This document shows positions 1 through 14,600 of a stretch of 64,000 nucleotides of DNA, in pieces. The notes beneath the pieces are model-generated. The model worked only from the letters and a program-made list of their open reading frames with translations. It had not been told where the DNA came from and searched no databases. The number at the start of each line of letters is the position of its first letter. Position 1 is the stretch's first letter. The position numbers were made by a program, and so were the translations under genes. The stretch comes from Podarcis liolepis (lineage: Eukaryota), in the NCBI GenBank assembly GCA_965112155.1, contig OZ218098.1, one strand, 5' to 3'.

Positions 1-157
1 GAACAGAGAATGTGGGATCGAACGCCACAGTTGGCACAATCTATTATTTCTGTGCGGCTCCCATTCAGTTCAGCGGCTCTTGCACTGAGGAACTTGGCAG
101 TAGATTGTGCTCAGTAATGGTCGTCTAAATAACCACCAGTAGAATTCAGAGTTGTAC

Positions 158-163
158 AATAAA
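158..163 (+). terminator. Candidate poly(A) signal of a convergent plus-strand neighbour
   Basis: TGTACAATAAA in AT-rich UTR-like sequence with U-rich tracts downstream; a second signal ATTAAA at 485-490. Confidence 0.3.
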
Positions 164-1257
164 GCTTCCTCTCTACCACAAAGTACTGCAAGAAAATGTT
201 TTTACTTATGTTTTTTAATGGTTAGATTATTGTACGTTGCCTGTCTTTGAGCTACAAAGGTTGTACTGCTTTTTTCTGGACCATATCTATATTTGGAGCA
301 GGTAGGGCTTTGTTGGTCAGCTTTGAGTCTCATGCTACACCTATCAAAGTCTCTGTACTGCTAGTGCAAATCAGTCGCAGAAGACAAGCCTGGCTAACAC
401 AAAATCTTTGGGAAATAATTTTTTAAAATCATCATTGTGTTTCTATATTACAGGTTCAAGTGTATGGTATATGTTTATATAAAAATTAAACATATTCAAA
501 AGCAATTTGGTGACAGTTCTGGCATCTTTGGGTCCTGGTGGAAACTAGAAACGAAGCCAGAGGATTAAAAACTGGTGTGCTTAGTCTAGACCCCCGTTTA
601 CCTCTGAATTGCCGTCAATAAGGAAAATTGCAACTTTTTCCTCCAAGAATGAAAACAAGTGATTTGCTATAAAGGAAAGTTGAAACATCTGTATACCTAC
701 TCTCCTGTTCAATGTCTTGAACAAGGAGTTGGCTCAGGAAATCAACACAGGCACAGCCTTGAAAGTAAAATTATTGTACCCTGTTCAGCTGACTTTCTGT
801 AGCCTAATCCCTCCACTCAGTGATGGGATAGAAATTTTATAAAGCAGCCCAGGAAGGAATAGAGCACTTCTGAAACGTGAAAAGCTTTAGCCCATGGGCT
901 GGATACCCATAAGCAAGTTTTTCTGCTCAATTATTATTATTATTTGGTCATCTGTTACTAATAATTGACAAAACTCACTGTTGTGAAAGTTTACATCTGC
1001 TTGCACAACAGGACTTCCACCTTGTTTTCCTCACCTCTGCAGCCCCTATGGTTCCTAAAATTGTGGGAAGACTGCAGGGGGAAGGAGAGGAAGATGGAGT
1101 TCCGCTATGCAAGTTCATTCCACCCGTGCACGGACTGTTACAAACAATCCAAGGAATTTGAAAAAAATAAAAAAATGGGAAAGAATTCTACAAAAAAAAG
1201 TCTTGTGAGCCTGTGAGTGAGGTACTGAAACAAAGAAAAACAATTTCAATCCAATAA

Positions 1258-1263
1258 TTTATT
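1258..1263 (-). terminator. Distal poly(A) signal AATAAA of the myosin gene (3' UTR about 2.7 kb)
   Basis: AATAAA on the minus strand with upstream U-rich/TGTA sequence and a downstream TTGTTTTTCTTTGTTT element. Confidence 0.6.
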
Positions 1264-3563
1264 AAACTTCCATCTTGTAAAGCCAGTTACAAATTAAACA
1301 AACAAAAAGAGCAGAAGGATATCTGCAATAGAATTAATGGAAGTTATACTTCTAATTGGGTTTAAGCTGCCTGCAGCAACCCATGAGCCAGGACAGAGCA
1401 GTAGTTCAGGGCTAAGGACTGGGGAGCAGGAAGGTGTACTAAGAAGGTTCTAGTATGTATCAGACCAAACAGGGAATATCAAGTTCACTAGTCGTCTTTG
1501 TTCCACTCTGCAACCTGGTGAGGGCCAAAACAAAGAGGTAAGAACTCTTAATGTGACTCAGTCTGGTGTCTTAAGGCAATGTTTCTCTTTCAAAACTACA
1601 GAATGGTGAGACAGTCTGTCCAGCCTTGCTGATGTAACTACATAACATGCACAGGATATTTGGGTGGGCATCTTACAGGAGAAAAGAGGTGGCTGCTAAA
1701 CCCTGAACTTTGGCTTTTGTGTTTTCGCTTCAATAAAAAAGAAAGCAATTATAATTACATCACTGGATGGCTTCTTCAGACAGGTGTGACTTACTTTATT
1801 TGCATTCCCAGGGACAAAGGGAAGGGAGTGTGGAAGCAAGATCCCTGATTGGATAATCCTTTGTAGAGGAAAAGTTCCAGATTCTTTGGGTTTTACTGAG
1901 TGGGCTGGACAAGAGATTTGAAATTCAACCTTGGTAGGTCAGAGCAGATTGGCAGCTTGATTTGCCTAGCTGAAAAAGAAAGTGGAAAACCCCAAAATAG
2001 CCTGGAATAGGGGAAAATGCTGCCTTTGTGCTTAGACAGGAAGGCATAGTTGAATATAATTCCCCTCAAATTATACAAACGTAGAAATGGATAGTAGACA
2101 AAGAATTTAGGATCCTGAGAATCTTGGCTGTATTTTTCTTTTTAAAAAATTAAGTCCCTAGCCCCACAGGCTATGAACAGATGCTTACAAATACCTGGGT
2201 AATGGCCAGAGATGTCTCAGAAGGTAGGAGGTGGGCTGAGTAAGATTTGAACTCTTTGGGGACTGGACTTCAATACTTTATCCACCTCTTTACCCCTTTC
2301 CTATTGCTTGCAGAAGCAGGATAAAGAGACCTATTTTGCATTAACTGCCTTTCATCTGTCATCGGCCAACCCACTGCAAGCTAGTAACTTTGGAGGGCTT
2401 ATGTACATGGCTTTTCTAAGCAACCACAATGGACCAATGTGGCACTTAGCCTAGTGGAAACTTGTTGGTCTCCAGGTGTATGAACCCTTCCATAAGCTCC
2501 AGCTAGAAGAGCCCATGGACAGGGATGAAGGAAAGTGTAGCCCAGGAATATCTGGAGGGCCACAGATTCCCCATGCCTGCCCTAGGGCTTCAGCAGCTTA
2601 CAGGATAAACCCATTCTTCCCAAGTTGGCATGCTGGAGGGCTTCAGGAGAAAATGGAGCAAGTCCTCAGACAGGTGGGGATGTACAGCCAACTCATCTGA
2701 CTCCTTCCCATGCCCCATTCCTTCCCTACCTCATCAAGCACAGATGATTCCTTCAGCCTTCTGTGTTCTCAATTACCTTGACTCTAGTTGGTTTTTCTCT
2801 CTGCCACCTTTGCAGCCAGCTCCCTCCTCAAAATCCATTCATTTAGTCTGTTTTACTATCTGTAGCCTCCCAAGGCTTTGTGTGGCATAAAAACTAGCCT
2901 ATAGAAAAGGATAAGGAATAAAAGCAGCCCAAACTCCAGGAAGGAAGGAAGGGAAAGCAGCATCAAAGTGATTAGGGAAAAGGGACTGTTCTCCTTGCAA
3001 CTGGATACATGTAGATCTATCCACAAATCTCACCCCCTGGACTCATCAGAGAAATGGGTTTTTTTATACTACCAAGTGGCAAACTCTCCAAACATGCACC
3101 ATGAGAAATAGCTCCTCTCCAAAGGGCTTGGAAGAACAGCACCAAAAGAAACATGTGTCGTTTTACACACAGCTGGTGGTTTCCATAAGGATCCTGCTTC
3201 GGGAGTCACAAGCCTCTGTGAGGATCTCCGCTAACAACAAAGTGGTGGCCTTTTAACAATTGTAGATTTGAAAACTCTGTGATTTGGAAGTAATTAAACC
3301 TTAAACCTCTGGGGATGGTAATACTGATAACACAACACAACCCGCCCCCCGCCCCCCACGCAGCAGAGAGGCTCACAATACTATATTCAGTAGTAGCAGC
3401 TCATCCCTGAGCGAACATCAGCCCCCCAAGGGTTAGTTTAGTCTTTACCATTGGAGAGCTTGGCAGCCAAATTAACTGGAGCCTCTATCTCTTGCGCACA
3501 CGGGAATCTTGCTTGGTGCATCACAGCACAACATTAAGACTCCCCACCCACCCACCTGCTGCT

Positions 3564-3569
3564 TTTATT
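3564..3569 (-). terminator. Candidate proximal poly(A) signal AATAAA
   Basis: About 350 nt after the stop, followed by G/GU-rich sequence. Confidence 0.35.
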
Positions 3570-3919
3570 GCACAAAATATTTCCGCGCCTCAATCTCTTC
3601 AAGAAAGGTAGCCACATTTGCTTCTGGTGGTCTCACTTTGCATCTGCAGTAAGGTCTTTACTCCAAGAGTGAGGCCAGAGGGAGCCTGGCCTCCAGCTGC
3701 CTTGAGTAGCTAGCCAGAGTAGTCGGGGTTGTGGTTTTGGTTAGAGAGCAAGCCCTGCAGCTGTGGGTGCTCAGCATCAGTCCCTTTTTCCATCTCTCAA
3801 AGCAAAGGAAAAAAGGGAGATGTTTTTTCCTTCTTACAAAAAAGGATTTTTGCTACAAATCTGGCTGGAACACAGTGTGTATCTTTCCTCAAGGGCTCAG
3901 TGCAGCGCCACAGACCTCA

Positions 3920-4033
3920 TCACCTCGTCCAGATACTCGCACGACTGTCCAGGCTGGTGGCCGATTTGATGCTACAACATTTCTTCACAATCATGTTGAT
4001 GTAGGCTTTCATGATTTTAATGATCTCTCCCAC
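3920..4033 (-). CDS. MYO10L: Exon 41 coding part [37 protein letters not shown]
   Basis: ttag|GTG...AGG TGA; resembles the MYO10 C-terminal MKAYI.MIVKK. Confidence 0.93.
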   Translation of the reverse strand: MGEIIKIMKAYINMIVKKCCSIKSATSLDSRASIWTR

Positions 4034-7000
4034 CTAATGAGATAAGAGGGGACAGTCAGGATCACTTAACGCACGGAGCAGTTATAGAGCAGCAATTTCT
4101 GATGGTGGCCAGAAGCCAATGGAATATAACTGGAAGGGGGACTTGCCAAGGGTCTTCTGTATCCCCATTCTTTCTCCCAACCCCTACTGCTACTATCACT
4201 TTGGGAAACGCAAGAAAGAAGCCTGCATTTCTTTGGCTGTGAACATGTTCCCGGAGCAGAATTCAACCCCCGCTTGCACGTGGGGTTTAAATTCTGCTCA
4301 AGGAACAAGCACAGGCAGCCCCAAAAATGTGTCAAATGCAGGCTTCTTCCTTGCTCCCTGCACCCTCCTTTGCTCAGGGAACGGGAGGGAGATAGAAATG
4401 CTTTGCCAGCTTTGTGACTGGTGATTTCCTAAGCACCGCCCACCTGTCAAATCTGACCCATGTGGCCAAACTGGGGAGCTAAAAGGGTTCCCCACCCCTG
4501 CAACATACTTTAAAAAGGAAGCCTTTTGGCTTGTGTTTTTTGCCCACCCAATCCTGCCTCAGCACAAAAATCCTTGTGGTCACCCACAAAACAGGCTAAC
4601 TTAGTGTTCCATGAAGCATACCTGGGGGGTTTCAAAGTACATCTCTCTCTCATCCACTGTCAGCTTGAAGGTATTGGGCTGGGGAGCCCCAAAGAAGACA
4701 ATGTGCTCATACTGGAACGTTTCTAGGGGTTTGGGGTCTCCCCGTTTGTACACCGACACATTCTCTGTGCTGACACTAAGCCAGAGGTCGTTGGGAAAGC
4801 CACCTTCCTTACACTGCAGGAAAGAAACAAGAAGATTTAGCAAAGGGAAGGTGTTGCTTGGGGGGGAAAGCATGCAAGTGGACGACTGAACCGAAAACTG
4901 AAAGCCCCTGGTCAAAAACCAATTCTCTCTCCCCCCCCCCCCCACAATCCAATGAAACCCCAGAGTAATTAGTAAAGATTCCCACCTCCAAAGCAAATAA
5001 TTAAAAAATGGTGTCAAAGTAAGACCCTAAATATTTAATTTATTTATTTCGATTTTCACTTCATTCTTTAATGGGATCTGCCAAATCTTAGCTCAACCAT
5101 GAACAGGCTTGGTAGCCAATATTTATTTATTGTGTTTACATCCTCCATTCCAGACATTTCAGGTCTGACTACTCTGTTCTCCTGCTTCCCTGTTTTATTC
5201 TCCAAACAATGCTGTGAGGTAATTTAGCTGTGACTGAGCCAGGATTTGAACCTGGGTGTCCTCCCTCCTAGCCCAGTGCTCTTAGCTACACCCACATTGG
5301 CTCTTCAGCAATTCGCCGATTAGCTTGCACCTCAATTCCCTCCCCCACAATCCTCAATCTGTAATAGTGGGGGTAATAAAATGGAACCACATTTGAAGGT
5401 TCTTATGAAGTGCAACTGAGATAATAAACATAATCCTCCTGTAGCATCTTTCAAAAGAAGAAGGATTAATACTGAGGCTTCTTGTGTGTCTCTCACCTCC
5501 ACATCAAAGACAGTGGAGCCATAGCCCGACCATTCCTTCATGATGTTCATGTAGGCCACCATGGCTTGCTGCTGGAGCAGCCCCTGCAGTTTGCACCACT
5601 TTTCTGTTATGCTGGCCCGAGCTGCCGACAGCTCCTCTTTCACCCACATCTCCATCATCTGCTCCTCTTCCACCTTTTGCTTCTTCACTGAGCCCGCCTT
5701 AAAGCTACGCTTCAGAGTGCCCTCCAGGAAGCTGGTCCGCCTTTTCTCCAGGGCATGGCTGCTGGGACCGCTACTCTTCATGGACTGCAGGATTTTTGAC
5801 TTCAGCCTCTTCACTGGATAGATGTTGTCCAGGGACCAGGAGATTTTGGAAATATCCCCATAGAGGTACTGCAGCCTCAGAGCAGCCAAGTGCTGCAGTG
5901 TCTCCTCTGGACCAGGGAAATGGCCGTCAATGAGACTTTCATGAGCCTGTGAATGGCAGAAGGAGCAATTTTAGTCGTGGGTCTATAAATGTTGTTACTT
6001 GCTATTTTGTTGTTCTTTGAAACTTTGGAATTTTAATACTGTACATTGGTATGTTGTAACCAACCTTGGGAGGTAGATACGCTAAAAAGTAGGCAAATAA
6101 CTAGCTAACTAAAATATGTTTTTTCCCAAAGGCTGTTTGCTTCAAGAGACCATCCCAATGCCTATGCTTACCCCTTTGGAGTTATAATTAAGTTATGTAT
6201 ATTGCCTTATAAGTCAAGATGAACAATTCAGTGTCCTAATAGCAATGGGCTGTTGCAGGCAAATTCTTCACAACCCTGGTTCTTCACCCACCTGTTTATT
6301 CTCTCCCATGCGAAGACTTACCTGCTCAAACATGAAAGCAAATTCCACCCCTTCCTTGGGAACGTTTTCAACATCCAAGAAGCAATACAGTTTAAAGTAG
6401 AGCTGCCAGTGCCCATCCTCATCCTCCTCTTCCACGGACCCAGCAAGTCTAAAAGGTGAGGAAGAAGCTGGTTACCATCTGGTTTGTTGGTTAAGAAGAG
6501 CTGGTCTACACGTAGCATCTGCCTCTGAAAACAGCATCTCCGTAGCACCCTGCCATAAGGTCTCAAAGGACTAGCAACGTGGCAGAAGGCCTTCTTGTTT
6601 AGAAAGTATCAAGATTCCCCCAATGCTAAACAGCATTCACTATTCCTGTGAAACACCTACCTCTCAAACTTGGCCAGAACATCAGCTACAATCACCCGAC
6701 TCTCAATGGCCTTGTCCACATGCTTGTTGCGTTCAAAAAGGGCAAACATGTTCCGACTATCTTCCATGGCCAACCCCCGGATCAGCTTCTCTACCACCTA
6801 CAAAGGGAGGAGAGAGACCACATCATTCCACAAAGGATTTGGTTGCACAAGGAACCTCTCAGACAGATGCAAACAGGTTGGACTAAGAGAGAGAGATATA
6901 TATTCCCTCCACTCCCGCTAGTAGAGGCCATCTGAAGCAAGCTGAATGCCCCTTCTTCCCTGGACAACTTTGCCTTGAAAATTCTGCCTTCGTTCTTACC

Positions 7001-10000
7001 TCTCCAGCGCTGGTATGAGAATTGATGGTAATTTGACAGGAACCTCCTCCGTGGCAGTAGACAGTGGTGGTCATTTCCTCCCGGGTGATGAGGGCCTGTA
7101 TTTCCTCCTGGGAGGGGACAAACTCCCTGCTCTTGGTTCTTTTCAGTGAATCAGTGATGAACTGAGAATACCGATCTATTTCAGTGCCTGGGAAGAGATC
7201 TTTTACTCTGGTTGAGGGAGGGTGAGGAAAGAGAAGAGGTAAATAACATATTGCCATTCTGCCATGAAACAAACTTTGATCTAGAACTGTGTCATTTGTA
7301 TAGCGAGGCCCAGCCAACTCAAGAGGCTGTGGGCTACCTACGGCCTATGAAGATGTTGCATCACTTAATATAAGCAAATTTCATTCATTTGGACAGAGGT
7401 TATTTACTATTTTCTGCCTCTGAGACCAATATTTACACCTTTGTCTAAAAATATCGGGACCAGCTTGGCACTGCTGCTTAGTAGAAAGCAGGTATGAGGG
7501 ACAGTAGTACAGGAAGCACTGGAGTTTTCACAAAGCAAGGTGGAGGTAAATTGGGGGTGGGTGGCCTCTGCAATGATCTCTAAGGATGCAAGTATTAGGC
7601 AAAGGGCCTCCTGTTTTGCATGCAGAAGGTTCCTGGTTCTGTCTCCAGCTAGGACTGAATCCTTGAGAGCTGTTGCTCTTCAGTGGAGATAATACTGAGC
7701 TAGTCGGACTGATGGGCTGACTCAATATGAAGCAGCCTTCCCATGTTTCTATATGTCTGCAGTGACTGGTGCTATGTAATGTATTCCTCAGTGCTCTGGA
7801 GTCAGTGAGCTAGCTACAATTGCAGAGAAATTCCTCCAGGGTGGTTCTTACCTTCTGAGATGGAACTTGAGGTAACGGAGGATTCCTCTGCTGGGCAGGA
7901 AGGTGCAGCTCATGCAGGTCATCAGCTGCCAGTGGTGAAGGTTCCCCGGTCTGTTGGGCTGTGGCACGTGGTTTGTCTGCTTGATCAGCTGACAGTACAC
8001 CTCGTCCCGGAGGGGCCTGAGATCATGGCAGGTCTGCAGAATGCCCTGGATAATGGGGATGGGGTCAGAGACTGTCTCGATCTCCTGAAGGGAGTTAAAG
8101 ATCTTCATTGCTTCGTCCTGGAGGCTGCTGTAGCCTTTCTCTTGCTGCACTGCAGTGGGAGGAGGCGGCACAAACAACAAGGCAGGGAGAAGGCAGTCAG
8201 TATGTCCGCCAACTACGGACTGGCCAGCTGGTAGTTCATCACTCCAAGAAACAGGTTTGCTCATGCCCACAACCCAGAGGAGAAAGGGAACTCCTCTGAC
8301 AATTATCACTACTCAAAGGTCACTTGAGAGACAATCCAATTCCCCCCATTAGAAACGGTTACTTGATAGGGCTATGATTCTGCTCCTTTTTTAATGCACA
8401 ATTCTTTGCATATCAGCTAGTGAAATCCATTCCACTGGGTAAGTTCACAGCATCTTCCCACTTCTACAGTATTCTTTTATGCATCAGAGTTCGGCCAGAG
8501 TCAACACAATAACTCTGATTTATCGTGTAATTCTATGCATGTTTATTAGGATGTAAGGCCCACTGAGACTTACTTCTGAGTCAATGTACACAGAATTCTA
8601 GTGCACTCAGCTAAGAAGTAAGTTGCACTGAAGTTGAACCTACTTTTGAGGAAACATGTACAGTGGTACCTCGAGTTACATACGCTTCAGGTTACACACT
8701 CCACTAAGCTAGAAATAGTGCTTCAGGTTAAGAACTTTGCTTCAGGATAAGAACAGAAATCGGGCTCCAGCAGCATGGCAGCAGCAGGAGGCCCCATTAG
8801 CTAAAGTGGTGCTTCAGGTTAAGTACAGACCTCTGGAACGAATAAAGTACTTAACCCAAGGCACCACTGTGTACTGGGTTGCACTGTAAAGCTGGATGAC
8901 CTTCATCCCGGCAAGATTCTGCCTCAGTCCCATCCTCTCAAAAATTATTCCTTTTGAACCCTTGACATAGCATCCTCGAAAGCTACCAAGTCACTCACAG
9001 TTGACCCCAACGTCCCCATATGGCAGTGGTAGAAGCGGTGAGTGCAAGGGGTGCTGGGTGTATCTCAGGATAGGATTCCTCCGGTAGGTCTGTTCTACCA
9101 CTTCAGGGTTCATGCTGTTCTCCTGAAAGGAAGGGGTGGGCAAGTAGAGGTTACCTTTACAGGGCTTCTCTCTTTCCCTCCAAATATCTAATTGCACTAT
9201 TAAATGGAAGTGCTCCCAGTCCATTACAGAAGAGATAAAACAACAGTTAAAGGCCGTGTAATGTAAAAATGGCAATTTGGTCAGCAACAGGGGAAACCGC
9301 CAAAGCAAGTCCATAGAAGGATTTGGAGATCACTTTATATCACAAAGTATCCAGAGTATGTCAGGCCAGCAACAGCCCTCTCATCAAAAGGAATTCTGAA
9401 TATTTAGAAACACACCATGTTCTGACAGATTCATAATATTGCTTTTAGTTGCTGAATAAAATGTGCATCTACACCCTTCTGCCTATTTTAATTGTATGTG
9501 TCCGCCACTGAGCTATGACTCTCCCATAAAAATGTGCAGCCTTTGGATTATCCTGCACGTATGAATGTGCCTTAACACACTATTCCCGCTGAAAGAGGGA
9601 TTCTATCAGAGTCCTTTGTAGAATTCAGACCTACTACTTAAGAATTAATAGACCCTGTCCTTTGCGTATGTTACATTCTTGCTTTTGATTATTCCAACAT
9701 GTGTGCAGAGAGAAATTGTATACCTAGAAGAGGGGCAGGAAGAAAGGGAAAGTGCCAAGGGACATCTCAGCTTCTGAACTGAGTAGAATGATGCAAATAA
9801 TGGGAGGGAAGCTCAAATACCTGGGTATTTACACAGACATGAGCAAATCCTAAAAGGTTGTATATGAAGAGAGCAAGGAAAGCTCATTTGCCTTAATATC
9901 ATAAACCTGTGAGTATAAGGAGATCCTAGTAATCTGGATATAGAGCTTATAAAAAGGTAAAGGACCCCTTTACTCTGGGGTTGCAGCACTCATCTCGCTT

Positions 10001-11597
10001 TACTGGCTGAGGGAGCCGACGTTTGTCCACAGACAGTTTTTCCGGGTCATGTGGCCAGCATGACTAAGCTGCTTCTGGCGAAACCAGAGCAGCGCACGGA
10101 AACGCTGTTTACCTTTCCGCCGGAGCGGTACCTATTTATCTACTTGCACTTTGACGTGCTTTTGAACTGCTAGGTGGGCAGGAGCAGGGACTGAGCAACA
10201 GGAGCTCACCCCGTCATGAGGATTCGAACCGCCATCCTTCCGATCAGCAAGCCCAAGAGGCTCAGTGGTTTAGACCACACCGCCACCCGCGTCCCTCATA
10301 CTCATGTGCAATTAAGAGTTAGAGGCACTTACTCTAATGTCCCGAATCAGCTGCTGCGTGGGTGTTTCAATGGGAACCTTGCTGTCAATGACTCCTTGGA
10401 TGGCAGAGACCCAGCGCATGGCTTCATTCAACAGCTTTGTGTAGAGCCGATACGAGTGCTTTCTGCCATGCACAGTGATGTTCCAGTAGCCTGAAGGCAC
10501 AAACAGAAACAGGCAACTACTGCCCAATCTTGGAGTAATTGAGATGGCAAATGATACAGCGAGAGAGAAAAGTGTGAGCTGGCAGAGGCCAGATCCTGGT
10601 GGCAATGTTGACTGCGCTCTATCAGCTGCTCATGACATGATTCAGTTGCCGTGTGATCTAAACTGGCCAATGGCACCCAAAGGGGTCTACAGAAAGCCCG
10701 ATATTCCTTTGTGCACTTGATTGGCTTGGCCCATGGAGCACCAACTTAACCCCACAGGACTCACTCTGTGCCATCATTCCCATGACACAAATGCTATTTC
10801 ACTCCAAAGAAACCAGCAAATTAAATGTTATGGTTTATAGGATGAACAGAGTCAGTCCAGAAATTCTCTTCGGGCCTTAGCAACTATGAATGCAGAACAG
10901 ACACAGGCATATGAACATGTGATCTGCATCATACAAAGTCCAGCCATGGTCCCATCTATCCCAATACTAGCAGCTGGTCTCTCAGGCAGAGATTCTTCCA
11001 AGCACTGATGCTGGATCCTTTGAAATGAGGATTGAAGCTGGGACCCTTTACATGCAAAATACAGACCCTCCCCAGTCTGCCAGGACTGTGTCCTATTACA
11101 AATGACCAAAATGATATTCCACACATTTATAGCTCTGCACAAAATGGTAAAGAATAGCAACGAACACTCAGAGAAGGACACAGTGGCACACAAAGAAGAC
11201 CTTTCCCCCTTCCTTACCTGTTTCTTTGAAGACCCTTTCGTCAGGCTGGACCACGGAGCAGAGGCTGTTCAGCACCAGGGTCCCGAGTTTGGTGGCTGTG
11301 CGCTCAGACGATTTGTAGTAATCAAGGGCAGTGTTGGTCAGCACAAACCAGCGTTTCTTCACCTTCAGGGAAGAGGTCTTGCTACTGCTCTGGACCTCCT
11401 TATGAAGCCAGCCTGATGGGAAAGAGGGACAACAGGGCCCAATGGAACTGAAATTCAAGAAATAGAGTTTGCTCTCCTGCTAACGGGATGCTGCTGTTCC
11501 TGTTCCTTTCTTTTAAAGAACAGAGGAAGGAGGAGGCACAATTCAGTCTAAACCTTCATCTCCCCCAGCTGACTTCACTATCAGAGCATGCATTGCA

Positions 11598-11664
<67 letters not shown>

Positions 11665-14600
11665 GAAAGAAAGAGTTTAGGTAACACTTCAACCACCCAA
11701 AGAGCTTTTAATGAACCATGTTTGGCATTTGTGTTTGGAGGGAAGTGAGGGGGCGGGGGGAGACTGCTTGGGGTACAGAATGTTAAGGCAAGTGGAAGAG
11801 GGCAGCTGAAGCATGTGCTGAATGATGGTTGGGGTGGTGGGTGGGAATTTTGACAGTTGAGAGAGCGATGACAGGATCAGCATTTAATTACTGGGATGAA
11901 TCACTGTCACCTCAAACTTCAGTCTGTTTACATCGTTCCTCAGATTAAATACTCTGCTGCTAACCCTGGGTATCTTGTCAGTGAAACCCACACTTAAAGG
12001 GCGTGAATACATACCTCAGTTCTTAACACTTATACACTGCTGTCAGAACATTAAGACTATGGTGGCTTCATCTTAGTAAATCCTTACAAGCATCCTGCAA
12101 TGCCAATATGAACAGGTGGGGTTGAGGCAAAGAAAGCAGCAAACTTGCCCATGGCCACCTAGAGAATTCCTGGATGAGGGGAGATTTGAACTGGAGGCTT
12201 TCTCACCACCGCATGTTATGAGCCACTCTACTGCATCAGTTCTCATGGTCATCATCAGCTTCATATCCCATTTATAAAGTGGGAAATGCCATTATCACTT
12301 TGGAAGAGTGAGCTGTGCCATGACTGTAGCAACTAGTGCTATGGTCAGATAGGCTGCCTCGAAGGCCAGCAAATGGCTTATTTGTATTATTAACACCACT
12401 GGGGCAAGGAGGGTACTGTTTAGGTGTTCTGCCTCAGGCACAATATATTCAGCCAGCTCCTTCATCTTGCCTTCATACCTCTCACAAGAAACTCCTGCCC
12501 ATCGACCCGGGATTCGCCTTTGGGCTTCTGCAGGAGGGAGATCCAGTGGTGCATCTCTTCAGGGATGTCACTGTTGCAGTGAATGACTCTATTTGCTGTG
12601 ATGATCACAAAGGAGTTTGGCCTGAAAAATCACCATCATCAAAATTAGTATCTCGTCGTCAACATCATCATCATCAATATTAATATTTTTCCAAAGCCGC
12701 AACACAAATCTATTTGTTTTTTGCCCAGACACAAGCTGAGCAAGAAGAAAACATGTGAAGGTTAGGCTACACACAGAAACACATTGATTTTGCTCTCCTT
12801 TTCAAGGATGCAAGTCAGATTACTGCTTCAGATGCAACTTTAAAACTATGGAAGCGCTTAGTGTTTGCCACGTCCAGAAAAACTACTATTCTAGAAGAAA
12901 TGGGCATGTTTCATGGGGAAGAGGGAGAAGTGTATGAGATGTCTGATTTGGCCACAGTGACAGATGTCTTAGTTGCATCCAGTTTGGATTACTCTAACAC
13001 ACTCTACGTGGGGCTGCCTTTGAACAGTACTCCGAAACTTCAACTGGCTCCAAAAGCTGCAGCCAGATTGTTGACAGGGGCTGGTTATAGGGAGCAGACG
13101 ACTTCCTTGCAAGAACGGCTCCACTAGCTACAGGTCTGTTTCCAGGCACAATTCAAAGTGCGGGTTATTACCTATATAGCACCACATGGCTTATGCCCAG
13201 GCTGTCTGAAGGACCTTACTGACCCATACAAACCTGCCTGGGTCTTGAGGAGAGGCCCTTCTCCTGGTCCCACCACCCTCACAGGCATGCATTGTGGGGA
13301 CATGGGAGAGGGCCTTCTTGGTGGCTGCTCCCAGTCTCTGGAACTCCCTCCCTAGAGATGCTAGACTGGCTCCTTGTTGCCTTTGCACTGGCAGGTAAAG
13401 GCTTTCTTGTCCCAACAGGCTTTTGGGAACTGACTGCTCTTAATTAAATTAAAGGGCTGGTGCCATGCTGTTTTGATTGTAATTATTGGTATGCCTTAAA
13501 CAGATTTTATATATGTATATAGTTTTCATTATTGATTAAAAAAAATGTTTTTAGTGGTTCTTGTTTCTATCTGTAAGCTGCCTTGAGTCCCAGCAGGGAG
13601 AAAAGCGGGGTATAAATAAATAATAATAATAATTAACAACAAAAATGATGGTAATATATAAGGGAAAGCACCCCACAGGATGGTACTGTGGCATAAAAGC
13701 AGCCATCTCTCTGTGGAGCACACACAACTTTAGCTCATAGGGCAGGTAGTATGTAGTTGCACACACTTTCCTGAAGTATGAAACACCCAGAGCTCGAGAA
13801 CCCGAACCCACAGCAACTAGACTTTATTAAGAGGAAAGCAAATGCTTCAAGGAGCTTCTGGAGCCAATGGCCAGTCACTAAAAATAAACACAGCCATTTG
13901 GGAGATATTTATACTGGCTGGAGGCATTTTAAGTAGCTCCTTATCTGTTGCATTTATATTTACTCAAATATGCAGCAGATGGATTTAAATATTTCCCCCT
14001 GTTACACAATTGTTGCTGCACCAAAAATATTTGAACATCACAAAACGAAAAAGCACACACAAAGAGGAACTCAGCTGTAGCTTACCTGTCAGGATTGTCA
14101 GAAGCACAGACTGAGTCTATGAGCCCCACGTCCAGGGTACCCTTTAAAACAACAACAAAAAATGGAACAAACTTCTAGATATATGCAAGATCCAGTTCCT
14201 ACCATTCTGTCCCAGTCCAGTTTGATCCACACATAGGCACCCACTATTTATTGCTTTTAAATTCATCTTGCTTCCCCCCCTGCGGTTTTAAACTGATTTT
14301 TAGCTGTTTTTATTATCTTTTGTACATCACATCGGGATGTTTGTGGAAGTCAGCAGCAACAACAATACACGATGTGGCTCTGCAATTAGAAGTAGGCCGC
14401 ATTCGTAATTGTTGGTGTCACCAGGAGGCAGTGAACATGTTGAGTCCCTAAGTGCACCCCTTTACTTTCTCCTAGAGGGCAACTTTCCTCAACCTGTGGC
14501 CCTTCAGATGCTTTGGACCACAACTCCCGTTAGCCTGAAACAGCATGGTCAGTGATGAGAGATGATGGGACTGTAATCCCAACATCTGGAGCTCCTGTAG

